Source: Bacteroidota bacterium | Lineage (GTDB): Bacteria > Bacteroidota > Bacteroidia > Bacteroidales > VadinHA17 | Reading direction: 5' to 3' | Length of the DNA: 64,000 bases | Assembly (NCBI GenBank): GCA_029547705.1 | Contig: JAKPOU010000001.1 | Location: 71,437-135,436 of the forward strand | In this document: positions 28,952 through 39,242 of the stretch, one piece after another | How positions within the stretch are numbered: position 1 is the stretch's first letter | Layout: each line of letters opens with the position of its first letter | Position numbers and translations under genes: made by a program | Notes under the pieces: generated by a model | Told to the model about the DNA's origin: nothing | The model's database searches: none | What the model saw: only the letters and a program-made list of their open reading frames with translations

Positions 28952-29062
28952 TCATAACATTGTATAAGCGGTAATTGCAGGTTTTGTGTTAACAAAAAAT
29001 TTATGCGGGAAAAGATCATTTATGCTAACTTGAATTGATAGTGCCTTGAAATCCTGCAACTA
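28952..29062 (+). repeat. Partial attC-like site
   Basis: TCATAAC-ATT-GTATAAGCGGTAATTGCAGG begins 8 nt after the stop codon. Partner arm CCTGCAACTA (29053-29062) then breaks off. Confidence 0.4.
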
Positions 29063-29186
29063 TGAGTATTTTTTGCCGTAACGCATACCTCAACAGGGTA
29101 AAAAGCAGGAATCATTATTTCATCACCGTGATCTAACTTTTCCTTTCAATATTTGTTTTATCATCAGTTGCTAAACCATAAAAACC

Positions 29187-30125
29187 ATGCAGACAATTCT
29201 TGGCGCAAACGGTACTATCGGGAAAGTCCTGGCAGGAGAACTGACCCGCTACACTGACAGGATCCGGCTTGTAAGCCGGAATCCGGTAAGGATCAACGAA
29301 ACTGATGAGCTTCTTGCCCTTGATCTGACTAAACCGGGAGCCGTCGAAAAGGCTGTGTCGGGCTCAGAGGTGGTATACCTTGTCATAGGCTTCGAATACA
29401 GTACAAAGGTGTGGGAGCTTTCCTGGCCCGCCCTGATGAGAGACACTATTGATGCCTGTCTGAAACATAATGCAAAACTGGTATTCTTTGACAATGTCTA
29501 TATGTATGACAAGGAATACTTGGCGGAACTGACCGAGGATACACCTGTCAACCCTTCAAGCCGGAAGGGTGTCGTAAGAAAATGGATAGCCGGGATGCTC
29601 CTTGAGGCGGTAAAAACAAAACAACTGAAGGCTCTTATTGCACGGTCAGCCGATTTTTACGGCCCGGATAACCAGAACAGCTTTGTCACCCAGATGATAC
29701 TGAAAAACCTTGCTGCCGGCAAAAAAGCGCTATGGTTTATCGGGCCCGGATACAAGCATTCCTTTACCTATACCCCCGACGCTGCAAAGGCTACGGCTCT
29801 CCTGGGCAATACACCCGATGCCTATGGTCAGGTCTGGCACCTCCCAACCGACAGCAGGCCTGTCACCGGGAAGCAGTTCATATCAATGATCGCTTCCGAA
29901 TTCGGCATTCCGGATCCGAAACTTTCCTTCCTCCCGAAATGGATGCTTTACCCTCTGGGTCTTTTCATCCCCGTGATGAAGGAAATGCCCGAGATGATGT
30001 ATCAATATGACCGTGACTATTTTTTTGATTCGTCTAAATTTACCGGTCGTTTTAATCTGAAGGCCACACCCTACGAGGAAGGGATAAAGAATACCTGCAA
30101 AGCCTGGAAGCAGACTGGTGAATAA
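29187..30125 (+). CDS. NAD-dependent epimerase/dehydratase family protein
   Basis: LGANGTIG, DNVYMY, SRKG, RSADFYGP. Confidence 0.88.
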   Translation: MQTILGANGTIGKVLAGELTRYTDRIRLVSRNPVRINETDELLALDLTKPGAVEKAVSGSEVVYLVIGFEYSTKVWELSWPALMRDTIDACLKHNAKLVFFDNVYMYDKEYLAELTEDTPVNPSSRKGVVRKWIAGMLLEAVKTKQLKALIARSADFYGPDNQNSFVTQMILKNLAAGKKALWFIGPGYKHSFTYTPDAAKATALLGNTPDAYGQVWHLPTDSRPVTGKQFISMIASEFGIPDPKLSFLPKWMLYPLGLFIPVMKEMPEMMYQYDRDYFFDSSKFTGRFNLKATPYEEGIKNTCKAWKQTGE

Positions 30126-30474
30126 GTCAGGAAATCCTGCATTTTCAGGTCTGATTCCCGGGAACAACTCCGGGTTTAAATTGTTATTTATTGTGCCGGA
30201 TATCTGTAATTTCCGGAAAATGATTTTCTTTTTTGTTCATAAAGTAGCTCATGGCTACAAACAAAATTTGCTAAAAAACAAAGTTTTTCAGAGTAATAGT
30301 ATTAATAGCATGTAATTGTTCCTGTTCTTGTGATAACTTTGTAAAAGGCTTTCAGTCAGAAATAATTCAGGCCGGTAAAAAGACTGATTAACAATCGTAT
30401 CCGGCCCTGATCTGAAAAGAATTTCAGAACTCCGGAAACAGAATCTTGCGGGAATAATAACAAATTAACGCCTC

Positions 30475-31881
30475 ATGTTCAACTACACGGCAACTTATAC
30501 CGATCATTACCAGCTTACCATGGCTCAGGCCTATTTTCTGAACGGGCAGAAGGAAAATATCTCAGTTTTCGACTATTTCTTCCGTAAACTGCCTTTCAAC
30601 AGCGGGTATGCTGTGTTCGCCGGCCTGGAAAACCTGCTGGACATTCTTCAGGAACTGAAATTCGGCAGAAATGATCTTGAATTCCTCAGGTCAAACGGAT
30701 TCCATCCGGAATTTCTTAAATATCTGGAACAATTCAGATTCAGGGGAAATATTTACTCTTCCCGGGAAGGGGATCTGGTATTTCCTGTCAGGCCGGTCCT
30801 GCAGGTTGAAGCAGATATTATTGAGGCCCAACTGGTAGAGACCATACTTCTGAATGTACTGAATTTCCAGACCCTTGTCGCAACAAAAGCCAGCCGTATG
30901 CGGAAGGCGGCGGGAAATGACACACTGATCGATTTCGGACTGAGAAGGGCACAGGGCCCCGGCGGATATTATGCCAGCCGGGCAGCTTACATAGGTGGCT
31001 TCGATGCAACAAGCAATGTCCTTGCCGGCCGTGATTACGGCATTCCCGTTTCAGGCACAATGGCGCACTCATATATTCAGAGCATTGATGATGAACTGGC
31101 GGCATTCAATCATTTCTCCGACGTGCACCCCGACAACAGTGTATTGCTGGTTGACACTTATGACACTCTCAACAGCGGTATCCCCAATGCAATCAAAACA
31201 GCCAGAAGGCTGGAGGAGAAAGGTCACAGGCTGCTGGGTATCAGGCTCGACAGCGGCGATCTTGCCTATCTCGCCAAAAAGAGCCGGAAAATGCTGGATG
31301 AGGCCGGACTTGATTATGTAAAAATAGCTGTGTCGAACCAGCTTGACGAATATATCATTAAAAGTCTCAAAGCCCAGAAGGCGCCGATTGATGTTTTTGG
31401 TGTCGGCACAAGTCTGGTAACCGGTTTTCCTGATGCGGCACTTGACGGGGTATATAAAATGGCATATTCGGACGGCAAGCCCCGGATCAAAATTTCCGAA
31501 AACGTTACCAAGATTACACTGCCCCACCGGAAGCAGGTGCTGAGAGCATTTGACAGCGACGGCAGGTGTACCGGTGCAGATGTGGTAGTCCTCAACAGCG
31601 AAAAGGACACTGACATAATGTATCATCCCCTCTATCCGCACAAGTCATTTCCATTAAAAAACAAAAAGAAGGAAGCTCTTTTACTTAAGGTAATGGAAGG
31701 AGGAAAGCGAACATCAGAATCTGTCAGCCTGAAGGAAACAGCACAATACAGCTCGGAAAGGCTGGCCCTCCTGCCGGATGAGTACAAACGGTTTGACAAT
31801 CCTCATGCCTACAAGGTAGGACTCAGCGAAAAGCTCATGAAAGAAAGAAACAGACTGATAGAAGATCATAAAAAATACTGA
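30475..31881 (+). CDS. pncB: Nicotinate phosphoribosyltransferase
   Basis: TDHYQLTM, DFGLRR, GTMAHS, LVDTYDT, IRLDSGD. Confidence 0.95.
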   Translation: MFNYTATYTDHYQLTMAQAYFLNGQKENISVFDYFFRKLPFNSGYAVFAGLENLLDILQELKFGRNDLEFLRSNGFHPEFLKYLEQFRFRGNIYSSREGDLVFPVRPVLQVEADIIEAQLVETILLNVLNFQTLVATKASRMRKAAGNDTLIDFGLRRAQGPGGYYASRAAYIGGFDATSNVLAGRDYGIPVSGTMAHSYIQSIDDELAAFNHFSDVHPDNSVLLVDTYDTLNSGIPNAIKTARRLEEKGHRLLGIRLDSGDLAYLAKKSRKMLDEAGLDYVKIAVSNQLDEYIIKSLKAQKAPIDVFGVGTSLVTGFPDAALDGVYKMAYSDGKPRIKISENVTKITLPHRKQVLRAFDSDGRCTGADVVVLNSEKDTDIMYHPLYPHKSFPLKNKKKEALLLKVMEGGKRTSESVSLKETAQYSSERLALLPDEYKRFDNPHAYKVGLSEKLMKERNRLIEDHKKY

Positions 31882-31882
31882 G

Positions 31883-32488
31883 ATGAAAACACTTCTGATT
31901 ATTGATGTGCAGAATGATTTTATACCCGGAGGTTCACTTGAGGTACCTTTGGCCGACAGGGTGGTTCCCCTTATTAACAGTATCCAGCATCGTTTTGATC
32001 TTGTGCTGGCCACTCAGGACTGGCATCCGGAGGATCATATAAGCTTCGCTTCCGGGCATTCCGGCAAGAAGGCCTTTGACACAATCGACCTCGAAGGAAA
32101 TGAACAGACACTGTGGCCTGATCATTGTGTCCAGGGCAGCAGCGGAGCAATGTTTCACCCTGATCTTGAAACAGACAGGATCGCTGCCATCTTCCGTAAG
32201 GGAATGAATCCGGCTGTTGACAGCTACAGCGGTTTCTATGACAATATGCATCTGATAAGCACGGGCCTGTCGGGCTACCTCAGGGAAAAGGGAGCCACTG
32301 ATCTGTATTTCTGCGGAATTGCCGGGGATATATGTGTATATCACTCCATTAATGATGCTATTGAGGAAGGCTTCAGGGCAACACTGATTGAGGACGCATC
32401 AGCTCCGCTGAACAGGGAAGTTTTTGAGGTCCAGAAAAAAGAACTTCAGAAGAAAGGGGTTCGCATCATCAACAGCAATGAAATCTGA
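31883..32488 (+). CDS. pncA: Nicotinamidase/pyrazinamidase
   Basis: IDVQNDF, QDWHP, WPDHCVQ, RKG, GIAGDICV. Confidence 0.93.
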   Translation: MKTLLIIDVQNDFIPGGSLEVPLADRVVPLINSIQHRFDLVLATQDWHPEDHISFASGHSGKKAFDTIDLEGNEQTLWPDHCVQGSSGAMFHPDLETDRIAAIFRKGMNPAVDSYSGFYDNMHLISTGLSGYLREKGATDLYFCGIAGDICVYHSINDAIEEGFRATLIEDASAPLNREVFEVQKKELQKKGVRIINSNEI

Positions 32489-32526
32489 CCGCTCCGGGAC
32501 TTCTTTTTGCAAGCCGGTCTGCCGTA

Positions 32527-33816
32527 TCAGCCGGGCCGGTGTACTGTTTCTGTCCTGTGTTTTCTTATCAGGAAATAAATTATCAGCAGGTTAATTACCG
32601 ACAACATCACAAATACGAGGAAACCTCTAGCATATCCTGCGGTTCCGTATTTCCCGGCTATTGCTCCCATCACCGGCGGTAATGCAAATCCGCCGAAAGC
32701 CCCCAGGCCTCCGATCCATCCGGAAGCTCCTCCCACTGCCTTCGGAACATAGGCCGGGACCAGCTTGAAAACAGCGGCATTGGATATGCCCATTCCGGCA
32801 GCCAGCAGGATCACCATTACCACACTCGTAAAAACATCGCTGAGGAAGGACAAAAAAAGTGCTGACAGCAGTATTACCGACATGGAAACAAGAATCGTCT
32901 TTTCTCCCCCGCTTTTGTCGGCAATCTTGCCTCCGAAGACCCGGATAAGGGAAGCCAGCAGTGAAAAGACAGCAGTCAGCAGGCCCGCCGTAACCGGATC
33001 AAAATGCTGGTACTCGTTCCAGTATGTGGGAAACCAGGCTGTCAGTGCTATAAAGCCGCCGAATGTGGTAAAATAAAGCACAACCAGTGCCCAGGTATTC
33101 GTTATTTTAGCCGAACTGACCAGGCTTTCCTTCATCCCGCCTGATGGAAACAGCTCCTGACCAAGCTCCTGTGCCCTGGTCTTTGCTTCATTCACCGTGA
33201 AACCGGCTTTTTTGAACTGGAAATAATAGGAATTCTGTGCAATTGCCGCATACAGGATAATTCCGGTTATCAGGAACAGAAACCATGCGAAATAAGCTGA
33301 AATGAATCCGAAACGTGTAAGATACAGGGGCAGGACGATAGAAAAGATTCCCGGAGCCAGATTTCCCAGTCCGGCATATGTTCCCAGTGCTATACCCTGC
33401 CGGCTGTGCGGAAACCAGTATGAAGTCTGGGCTATTCCGACAGAAAATGTTGCAATCCCGCATCCGCTGAGAAATCCCAGCAGGAGAACCAGCCAGTAGA
33501 GTCCCTTCATTCCGTCGGGATAGGAAGTGGAAAGAAGCAGGGTTACCCCGCCCAGGCCAGCTGCACTCATTATCATCAGAATCAGAAAAGGTTTTCTCCC
33601 TCCGCTTATGTCAACCCAGGCTCCGAAAGGAATCCTGAGCAGTGAACCGGAGAGTGAAGGAATGGCAATAAGCAGGCCCACCAGAGCCGGCGAGAGATCC
33701 ATTGCCTCCCTGAATTCCACGGCTGTCGGGCCATAGAGTGCCACTGCCGCAAATCCGAAAAAAAAGCCTGTTGTGGTTCCAAACAAACCCCTTGCAGGCG
33801 TTCCTTTAACTCTCAT
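32527..33816 (-). CDS. Nitrate/nitrite porter family MFS transporter (NarK-like)
   Basis: GSLLRIPFG, GIATFSVG, GLGN, TFGGFI, GGLGAFGGF. Confidence 0.8.
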   Translation of the reverse strand: MRVKGTPARGLFGTTTGFFFGFAAVALYGPTAVEFREAMDLSPALVGLLIAIPSLSGSLLRIPFGAWVDISGGRKPFLILMIMSAAGLGGVTLLLSTSYPDGMKGLYWLVLLLGFLSGCGIATFSVGIAQTSYWFPHSRQGIALGTYAGLGNLAPGIFSIVLPLYLTRFGFISAYFAWFLFLITGIILYAAIAQNSYYFQFKKAGFTVNEAKTRAQELGQELFPSGGMKESLVSSAKITNTWALVVLYFTTFGGFIALTAWFPTYWNEYQHFDPVTAGLLTAVFSLLASLIRVFGGKIADKSGGEKTILVSMSVILLSALFLSFLSDVFTSVVMVILLAAGMGISNAAVFKLVPAYVPKAVGGASGWIGGLGAFGGFALPPVMGAIAGKYGTAGYARGFLVFVMLSVINLLIIYFLIRKHRTETVHRPG

Positions 33817-33962
33817 AAAAAAAGATGATTCGTAAATATTTTCAGCTGCAATTTATTTAAAAATGAGAGAAATCAACAGGAATCTTATTCAAAAAGTTAA
33901 AAAACAGTCTGACTGTCATATTTTTTCAGATATTCATTCTATCTTCGGGGCAAAAATTTTTT

Positions 33963-35024
33963 ATCAGGGTTTTAGTGCTATATGATCTTGATCCCGAATG
34001 GGATAGCTTTGAAATCAGGGACGTCAGATTTTCAAACAGCATGGTTTCTGAATCACTGAAGGAAGAAGGCTTTGAAGTCTGTATCGAAGAACTGAATGAT
34101 TATCACCTGGAAAAAATACTCAGGCATTACGATCCTGCCGATACAATTGTTTTCAACCTCTGTGAAACGCTTCCCGGGATTGAGTGCAGCGAAAGAAAAG
34201 TTGTAGAGATAATTGAAGGAAGAGGATTCACCTGTACAGGAAACACAGCCGGGGTTATAGAACTAAGTTATGATAAACTGAGAGTAAAAGAGTGCCTCGC
34301 CTCCCTCGGGATAAAAGTTCCTTACGGGGCTGTTCTCGCTCCTGAGGAGGCTGGCGGATGGAATCTTTTTCCTGCAATCGTCAAGCCTTCCCGCGAACAT
34401 TGCAGCCTTACCATCACCGAAAAATCAGTAGTTTACGATACAGCTTCCCTTCGGGAACAGATACTTTATGTGAACAACCTGCTGAAGCAGCCTGCAATGG
34501 TTGAGGATTTCATTGACGGCCGTGAATTTCATGTATCGGTATGGAACAATGAAATACCGGAAATGCTGCCACCCGCTGAAATGGATTTCTCAGCCTTTAG
34601 CGAAGCAAGGGAAAGGCTGTGCACCTATGATTCCAAGTTCAGGCCCGGATCGCTGCATTACGAAAAGATCGAGACGCTGATACCTGCCCCCCTTACTGAA
34701 AGACAGTATGAAAAGCTGGAAAAAACCGTTCTGAAAACCTGGAGGGAATTCGGGTGCCGGGACTATGCACGCTTCGATTTCCGGCTGCGTGACAACGACT
34801 TTTTCCTTCTCGATATTAATCCCAACAACGATATCAGTGCTGATACCAGTTTTGCCCTGGCTGCAGAAATGAAAAATTACTCCTATGGCCGGATGGTAAA
34901 GCGTATTGCTATGATGGCTGCCGGGAGGCACTCTCTGCTGGCCGGGGAGATTCAGGAACTGGTATGGGCCGGCAACGGTTCCGGAAACGGCTGCCCCCGG
35001 GGTCCGGGACATTTAAAATCCTGA
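33963..35024 (+). CDS. D-Ala-D-Ala ligase-like ATP-grasp protein
   Basis: VFNLCE, IVKPSREH.S, VEDFIDGRE, DYARFDFR, DINPN. Start uncertain (ATC 33963 or GTG 33975). Confidence 0.8.
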   Translation: MRVLVLYDLDPEWDSFEIRDVRFSNSMVSESLKEEGFEVCIEELNDYHLEKILRHYDPADTIVFNLCETLPGIECSERKVVEIIEGRGFTCTGNTAGVIELSYDKLRVKECLASLGIKVPYGAVLAPEEAGGWNLFPAIVKPSREHCSLTITEKSVVYDTASLREQILYVNNLLKQPAMVEDFIDGREFHVSVWNNEIPEMLPPAEMDFSAFSEARERLCTYDSKFRPGSLHYEKIETLIPAPLTERQYEKLEKTVLKTWREFGCRDYARFDFRLRDNDFFLLDINPNNDISADTSFALAAEMKNYSYGRMVKRIAMMAAGRHSLLAGEIQELVWAGNGSGNGCPRGPGHLKS

Positions 35025-35053
35025 ATTCATCAGGATTTCCTGCTTTCCGGGCA

Positions 35054-36520
35054 TCATGAGCCGCCGGACTTTCCGGGAATTTCATTCAACTTGCTGTGCT
35101 TCCTGCCGTAGAGGAAATATATTAACATGCCTATGACTGTCCAGCCGCCCAGGCGTACCCAGGTTGAATGCGGAAGAGATGTCATAAGGTACAGACATCC
35201 TGCCGCACCCGCGGATGCAACGAAATATACCAGTGGTGTTTTAAAGGGGCGATGCATGTCAGGCCGTTTGATTCTGAGAATGATAATGCTTATACAGACC
35301 ATCGAGAATGCAAGCAGTGTGCCCATTGAGACCAGTTCACCTATCAGATCAATGGGAAAGAGGCCCGATATGAGAGCTACTATTGAACCAACAATTATCG
35401 TGGTAATATGCGGCGTTCTGAACTTCCTGTGAATCCTTCCTATCACCGGCGGCAGCAGGCCGTCAACAGACATTATATATAATATCCTCGGCATTCCTGT
35501 CAGCAATACAAGGATTACAGAACTCATTCCGGCTATGGCGCCGATTTTAATTATAGGTCTCAACCAGAACAGTTTGCTTCCGGCAGCATTGATGCCCACG
35601 GCAATCGGATCGGGGACATTCAGAAACTTGTAATTGACCATTCCGGTGAGAACAAGGGATACGGAAATATAGAGTACTGTCACTATTGCAAGTGAACCCA
35701 GAATGCCTATCGGCATATCGCGCTGCGGATTCTTTGATTCCTGTGCAACTGTTGAAACTGCATCAAAACCCAGATAGGCAAGGAATACTATTCCTGCAGC
35801 CCTGAATATACCGCTCCACCCGAAATGACCCGGTTCACCGGTATTTTCAGGAATGAAGGGGCTGTAATTTGCCGGATTGATGTAGAAAAGCCCAAATCCT
35901 ATGAAAAGGAGGATCACTGCAACTTTGATAACAACAATAATATTATTGAATCTCACTGATTCTTTTATACCAAAAACAAGCACGGTCGTGATAAGGCCAA
36001 CAATAAACACTGAGGGAAAATTAAGAATGGCCCCGGTTTTTATCCAGCCACCGTGGTATGTAAAGGGAGCACTGCTGAGTTCCGGCGGAATCACAATACC
36101 AAAATCCTTCAGGAAACTGACAACATACCCCGACCATCCGACTGCCACCAGAGATGCCCCGAAAATATATTCAAGCACCAGATTCCAACCGATAAACCAT
36201 GCGAGTATCTCTCCTACAGTCATATATGCATATGAATAAGCGCTCCCGGATATTGGTATCATCGATGCGAATTCCGTATAGCATAGAGCTACAAACATGC
36301 ATACGACAGCTGAAATCAGGAAGGAAATACTCAGTGCAGGTCCCGCATACTGGGCCGCTGCCGTTCCTGTTATTACGAAAATACCCGTACCGACAATGCA
36401 TCCGATACCTACAAAAACAAGATTTGTTGCTGTTAAGGCACGTTTTAGCCCATGCTCGCTACCCGATGCAGCCTCCATCATCTGCTGGGGAGACTTCGTT
36501 CTGAAAAGATTGTTTGCCAT
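35054..36520 (-). CDS. APC family amino acid permease
   Basis: GIGCIVGTGIF, GSAYSY, AYLGFDAVST.AQE, PDMHRPFKTP. Confidence 0.92.
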   Translation of the reverse strand: MANNLFRTKSPQQMMEAASGSEHGLKRALTATNLVFVGIGCIVGTGIFVITGTAAAQYAGPALSISFLISAVVCMFVALCYTEFASMIPISGSAYSYAYMTVGEILAWFIGWNLVLEYIFGASLVAVGWSGYVVSFLKDFGIVIPPELSSAPFTYHGGWIKTGAILNFPSVFIVGLITTVLVFGIKESVRFNNIIVVIKVAVILLFIGFGLFYINPANYSPFIPENTGEPGHFGWSGIFRAAGIVFLAYLGFDAVSTVAQESKNPQRDMPIGILGSLAIVTVLYISVSLVLTGMVNYKFLNVPDPIAVGINAAGSKLFWLRPIIKIGAIAGMSSVILVLLTGMPRILYIMSVDGLLPPVIGRIHRKFRTPHITTIIVGSIVALISGLFPIDLIGELVSMGTLLAFSMVCISIIILRIKRPDMHRPFKTPLVYFVASAGAAGCLYLMTSLPHSTWVRLGGWTVIGMLIYFLYGRKHSKLNEIPGKSGGS

Positions 36521-36805
36521 AATCCGGTGTAAATAAACCTGTTCTGATTCTGTTCCAGGAGCCTGCCCGGGCAGATTAGCCCGGATTCCTGCAGGAAAAG
36601 ATTGCCGGAAAAAAATGCCGGAAATATGTCCGGAACAGAAACAGTGGGCTAAAATAATGGAAATAATCCATTCTTATCATTTAAAAGAAATATCTTGTCC
36701 GGCATTTCAGGGTGAATTGTTAATTATCCGAAGCAAAACCATGGAGAAAATGACAGAATATTACTTTATTGGCATAGTTTAATTAATTGACGGTAATTAT
36801 TTGCA

Positions 36806-36825
36806 AAATGAACCTATGTTCATTT
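36806..36825. promoter_or_regulatory. Shared operator, copy 1
   Basis: AAATGAACCTATGTTCATTT fills the spacer between TTTG (36800-36803) and TACTTTAC (36825-36832). Confidence 0.75.
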
Positions 36826-36852
36826 ACTTTACCGCCAAAAACATTTATTCCC

Positions 36853-37710
36853 ATGGCCTCTGACTACCGTTGCTTTTACTGTCTTGCGCGTTCCGTTGAA
36901 AATCTGCTGGAGAAGATACCCATGCCGGCAGAAAAGAAGAAGAGCTTTACCCTCGATATGATTGATCTTTACCTTGAACGGCAGCGTAAGGAACTTACTC
37001 CCGATTTTTCGCGGGATCTTTACAGGATACTCAGGGGATATTCGGGCATAGACGATCCCTACAAAGAGGAAAAACACAGGAGCAATCTTCAGGCTCTTGA
37101 GCTGCTTCCAAAACTGGAGGAGATCATCAGGCAGTCATCTGATCCCTTTGTCACGGCCATACGCCTGGCAATTGCCGGCAATGTGATTGATTTTGCCGTG
37201 CACCGGAATTTTAATCTTGAGGAGACAATTGAGAAATCCCTCAAGGCTCCTTTTGCGGCAGATCATACCGCAGAACTGAAATCCGCCGTGGAAAAGGCCT
37301 CTTCCATTCTCTACCTGGGGGACAACGCGGGCGAAATAGTCTTTGACAAGCTCTTTATCAGAACAATGAACCACAGTAATGTGACCTTTGCTGTAAGGGG
37401 AATGCCCGTAATCAATGATGCCACCCTTGAGGATGCCCGTTTTACCGGAATGCATGAAGTAGCCAGGGTCATTTCAAACGGATATGATGCTCCCTCAACT
37501 CTGGTTGAAAAATCAGGCAGCGAGTTCAGGGAATATTTCCGCAATGCGGATCTGATAATTTCCAAAGGCCAGGGAAATCTTGAAGGATTGTACAAACTGA
37601 ATGACAAAAGAATCTTCTTCATTCTTCTGGTCAAATGCAATGTGATTGCAGAACTGCTCGGGGTTGAAAAGAACAGCCTGGTGACATTCAATTCCTCATA
37701 TCTGAAATAA
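36853..37710 (+). CDS. ARMT1/DUF89 damage-control phosphatase family protein
   Basis: C..C, DPYKEEK, AIAGNVID, YLGDNAGE, ISKGQGN. Track start is 36787. Confidence 0.88.
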   Translation: MASDYRCFYCLARSVENLLEKIPMPAEKKKSFTLDMIDLYLERQRKELTPDFSRDLYRILRGYSGIDDPYKEEKHRSNLQALELLPKLEEIIRQSSDPFVTAIRLAIAGNVIDFAVHRNFNLEETIEKSLKAPFAADHTAELKSAVEKASSILYLGDNAGEIVFDKLFIRTMNHSNVTFAVRGMPVINDATLEDARFTGMHEVARVISNGYDAPSTLVEKSGSEFREYFRNADLIISKGQGNLEGLYKLNDKRIFFILLVKCNVIAELLGVEKNSLVTFNSSYLK

Positions 37711-37740
37711 CCGTATAACAATCCAACATCCGCGGAGATC

Positions 37741-38709
37741 ATGATAAGTTTCGGTCCTGTACCATCGAGGCGGCTTGGAAAAAGCCTGGGCATAAACAAT
37801 ATAATCGCACCAAAAACATGTTCATATGCCTGTGTTTACTGTCAGGCAGGCCGGACACACATAAAAAGCATTAAAAGAGATAGTTTCTTTGAACCTGAAA
37901 AGATATACAGGTCCGTAAATGAGCATATCAGTCTTTTGCCATCTGATAATTATCCTGATTATCTGACACTTGTTTCAAACGGGGAGCCGACTCTCGACAT
38001 TAATCTCGGCAGGACCATAGAGCTACTCCGCAGAACAGGCATCCCTGTCGCTGTAATTACCAATGCCTCCCTGCTTTTTTCCGATACGGTGAGGGAAGAT
38101 CTTTACCGGGCAGACTGGATTTCATTAAAGGTGGATGCTGCAGATGATGATTTATGGAAAAAAATCAACCGCCCCGACAGGAATCTTGATTTCGACAGGC
38201 ATATGAAGAGCATTTTCCTTTTTTCTGCTGAATACAAGGGTGTCCTCTGTACAGAATCAATGATAATTGACGGGCTGAATGATTTTCCTGATCATTTTGA
38301 AAAGCTTGCCGGAATCGTTAAGAGTATAAATCCGGAAAAAGCCTATCTGTCGGTACCCACAAGGCCTCCTTCGGAAAAATGGATAAAACCGCCTGATGCG
38401 GAAAAGCTGAACGCTGCATGGCAGATATTCAGCAAAAGGAAAATCAAAACGGAACTGCTGACAGGTTTTGAGGGGACCGATACCGGTTCAGGCGGAAACA
38501 TATATGAAGACATCCTGAACATAACAGCAGTTCATCCGCTGAGGGAAGACAGCATGCTGAAACTTCTGGAGAAGAACAATGCTGATTTCGGAATTGTTGA
38601 ATCACTGATTAATCAGAAACTGATAAGGCCGGTAGTGTATATGGATAAAAGGTTCTTTATAAGGGAATACCACTTTAGCCGAAACAAAAGCGGGGATAGT
38701 AATACCTGA
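37741..38709 (+). CDS. Radical SAM Fe-S protein
   Basis: FGPVPSRRLG.SLG, CSYACVYC, GEPTL. Confidence 0.9.
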   Translation: MISFGPVPSRRLGKSLGINNIIAPKTCSYACVYCQAGRTHIKSIKRDSFFEPEKIYRSVNEHISLLPSDNYPDYLTLVSNGEPTLDINLGRTIELLRRTGIPVAVITNASLLFSDTVREDLYRADWISLKVDAADDDLWKKINRPDRNLDFDRHMKSIFLFSAEYKGVLCTESMIIDGLNDFPDHFEKLAGIVKSINPEKAYLSVPTRPPSEKWIKPPDAEKLNAAWQIFSKRKIKTELLTGFEGTDTGSGGNIYEDILNITAVHPLREDSMLKLLEKNNADFGIVESLINQKLIRPVVYMDKRFFIREYHFSRNKSGDSNT

Positions 38710-38765
38710 TGATATCCTGTCCCCGCTGTTTTTTCTCAGCTGTTTTCCGGGCAAAGGAAAGTGTG

Positions 38766-39104
38766 TCAGGCTTCCTTTTCCAGTTCTCCGAGCCGTCTTT
38801 CAATCTCCTGCTGTGAACGTTTAAGGGCCTCTGCTTCTGATTTCAGCATTCTTACCTCATCTTCCCTGCTCAATGAAGGAGCCCATGGGTATCCGGGCAT
38901 AAAGCGGCCAAATCCACGGCCCCGTCCTGCCCCGCCCCTGAAGCCGGGCCCCCGGGCCCCTCCGCCTATGAAGCCGGATCCGCGGCCCATTCTCATTCCC
39001 CGTCCCTTCATAAAACCGGGACTGTCATATCCATAACAAAAACCTAATGTTCTTCCGGTTCCGGGACCCTGTCCCAGTGGTCCGGTACGATCTCCTGCCG
39101 GCAT
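38766..39104 (-). CDS. DUF5320 family Gly/Arg-rich protein with C-terminal coiled coil
   Basis: MP.GDRTGP.GQGP.TGR..G.C start, RG-rich middle, heptad tail. Confidence 0.85.
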   Translation of the reverse strand: MPAGDRTGPLGQGPGTGRTLGFCYGYDSPGFMKGRGMRMGRGSGFIGGGARGPGFRGGAGRGRGFGRFMPGYPWAPSLSREDEVRMLKSEAEALKRSQQEIERRLGELEKEA

Positions 39105-39161
39105 GCTTACTTGTTTTTATGGTAAATAACTAATCTTATCATAAGACAAATATAATAATTA

Positions 39162-39181
39162 AAATGAACATATGTTCATTT
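39162..39181. promoter_or_regulatory. Shared operator, copy 2 (perfect 20-bp palindrome)
   Basis: AAATGAACATATGTTCATTT. Minus-strand TATATTTG at 39147-39154. Confidence 0.8.
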
Positions 39182-39242
39182 CATATGATTTTTTACTGAT
39201 TTTATCCGTAAGAGTTATGCAGGATCAGTGTCTGCCGGGTTT

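Noticed and set aside
33863-33985. Programmed frameshift from an upstream 40-codon ORF into the Ddl-like gene at AAAAATTTTTT
   Set aside because: A -7-like promoter element lies inside that ORF, and the peptide has no Ddl-like features. An altered start codon is simpler.
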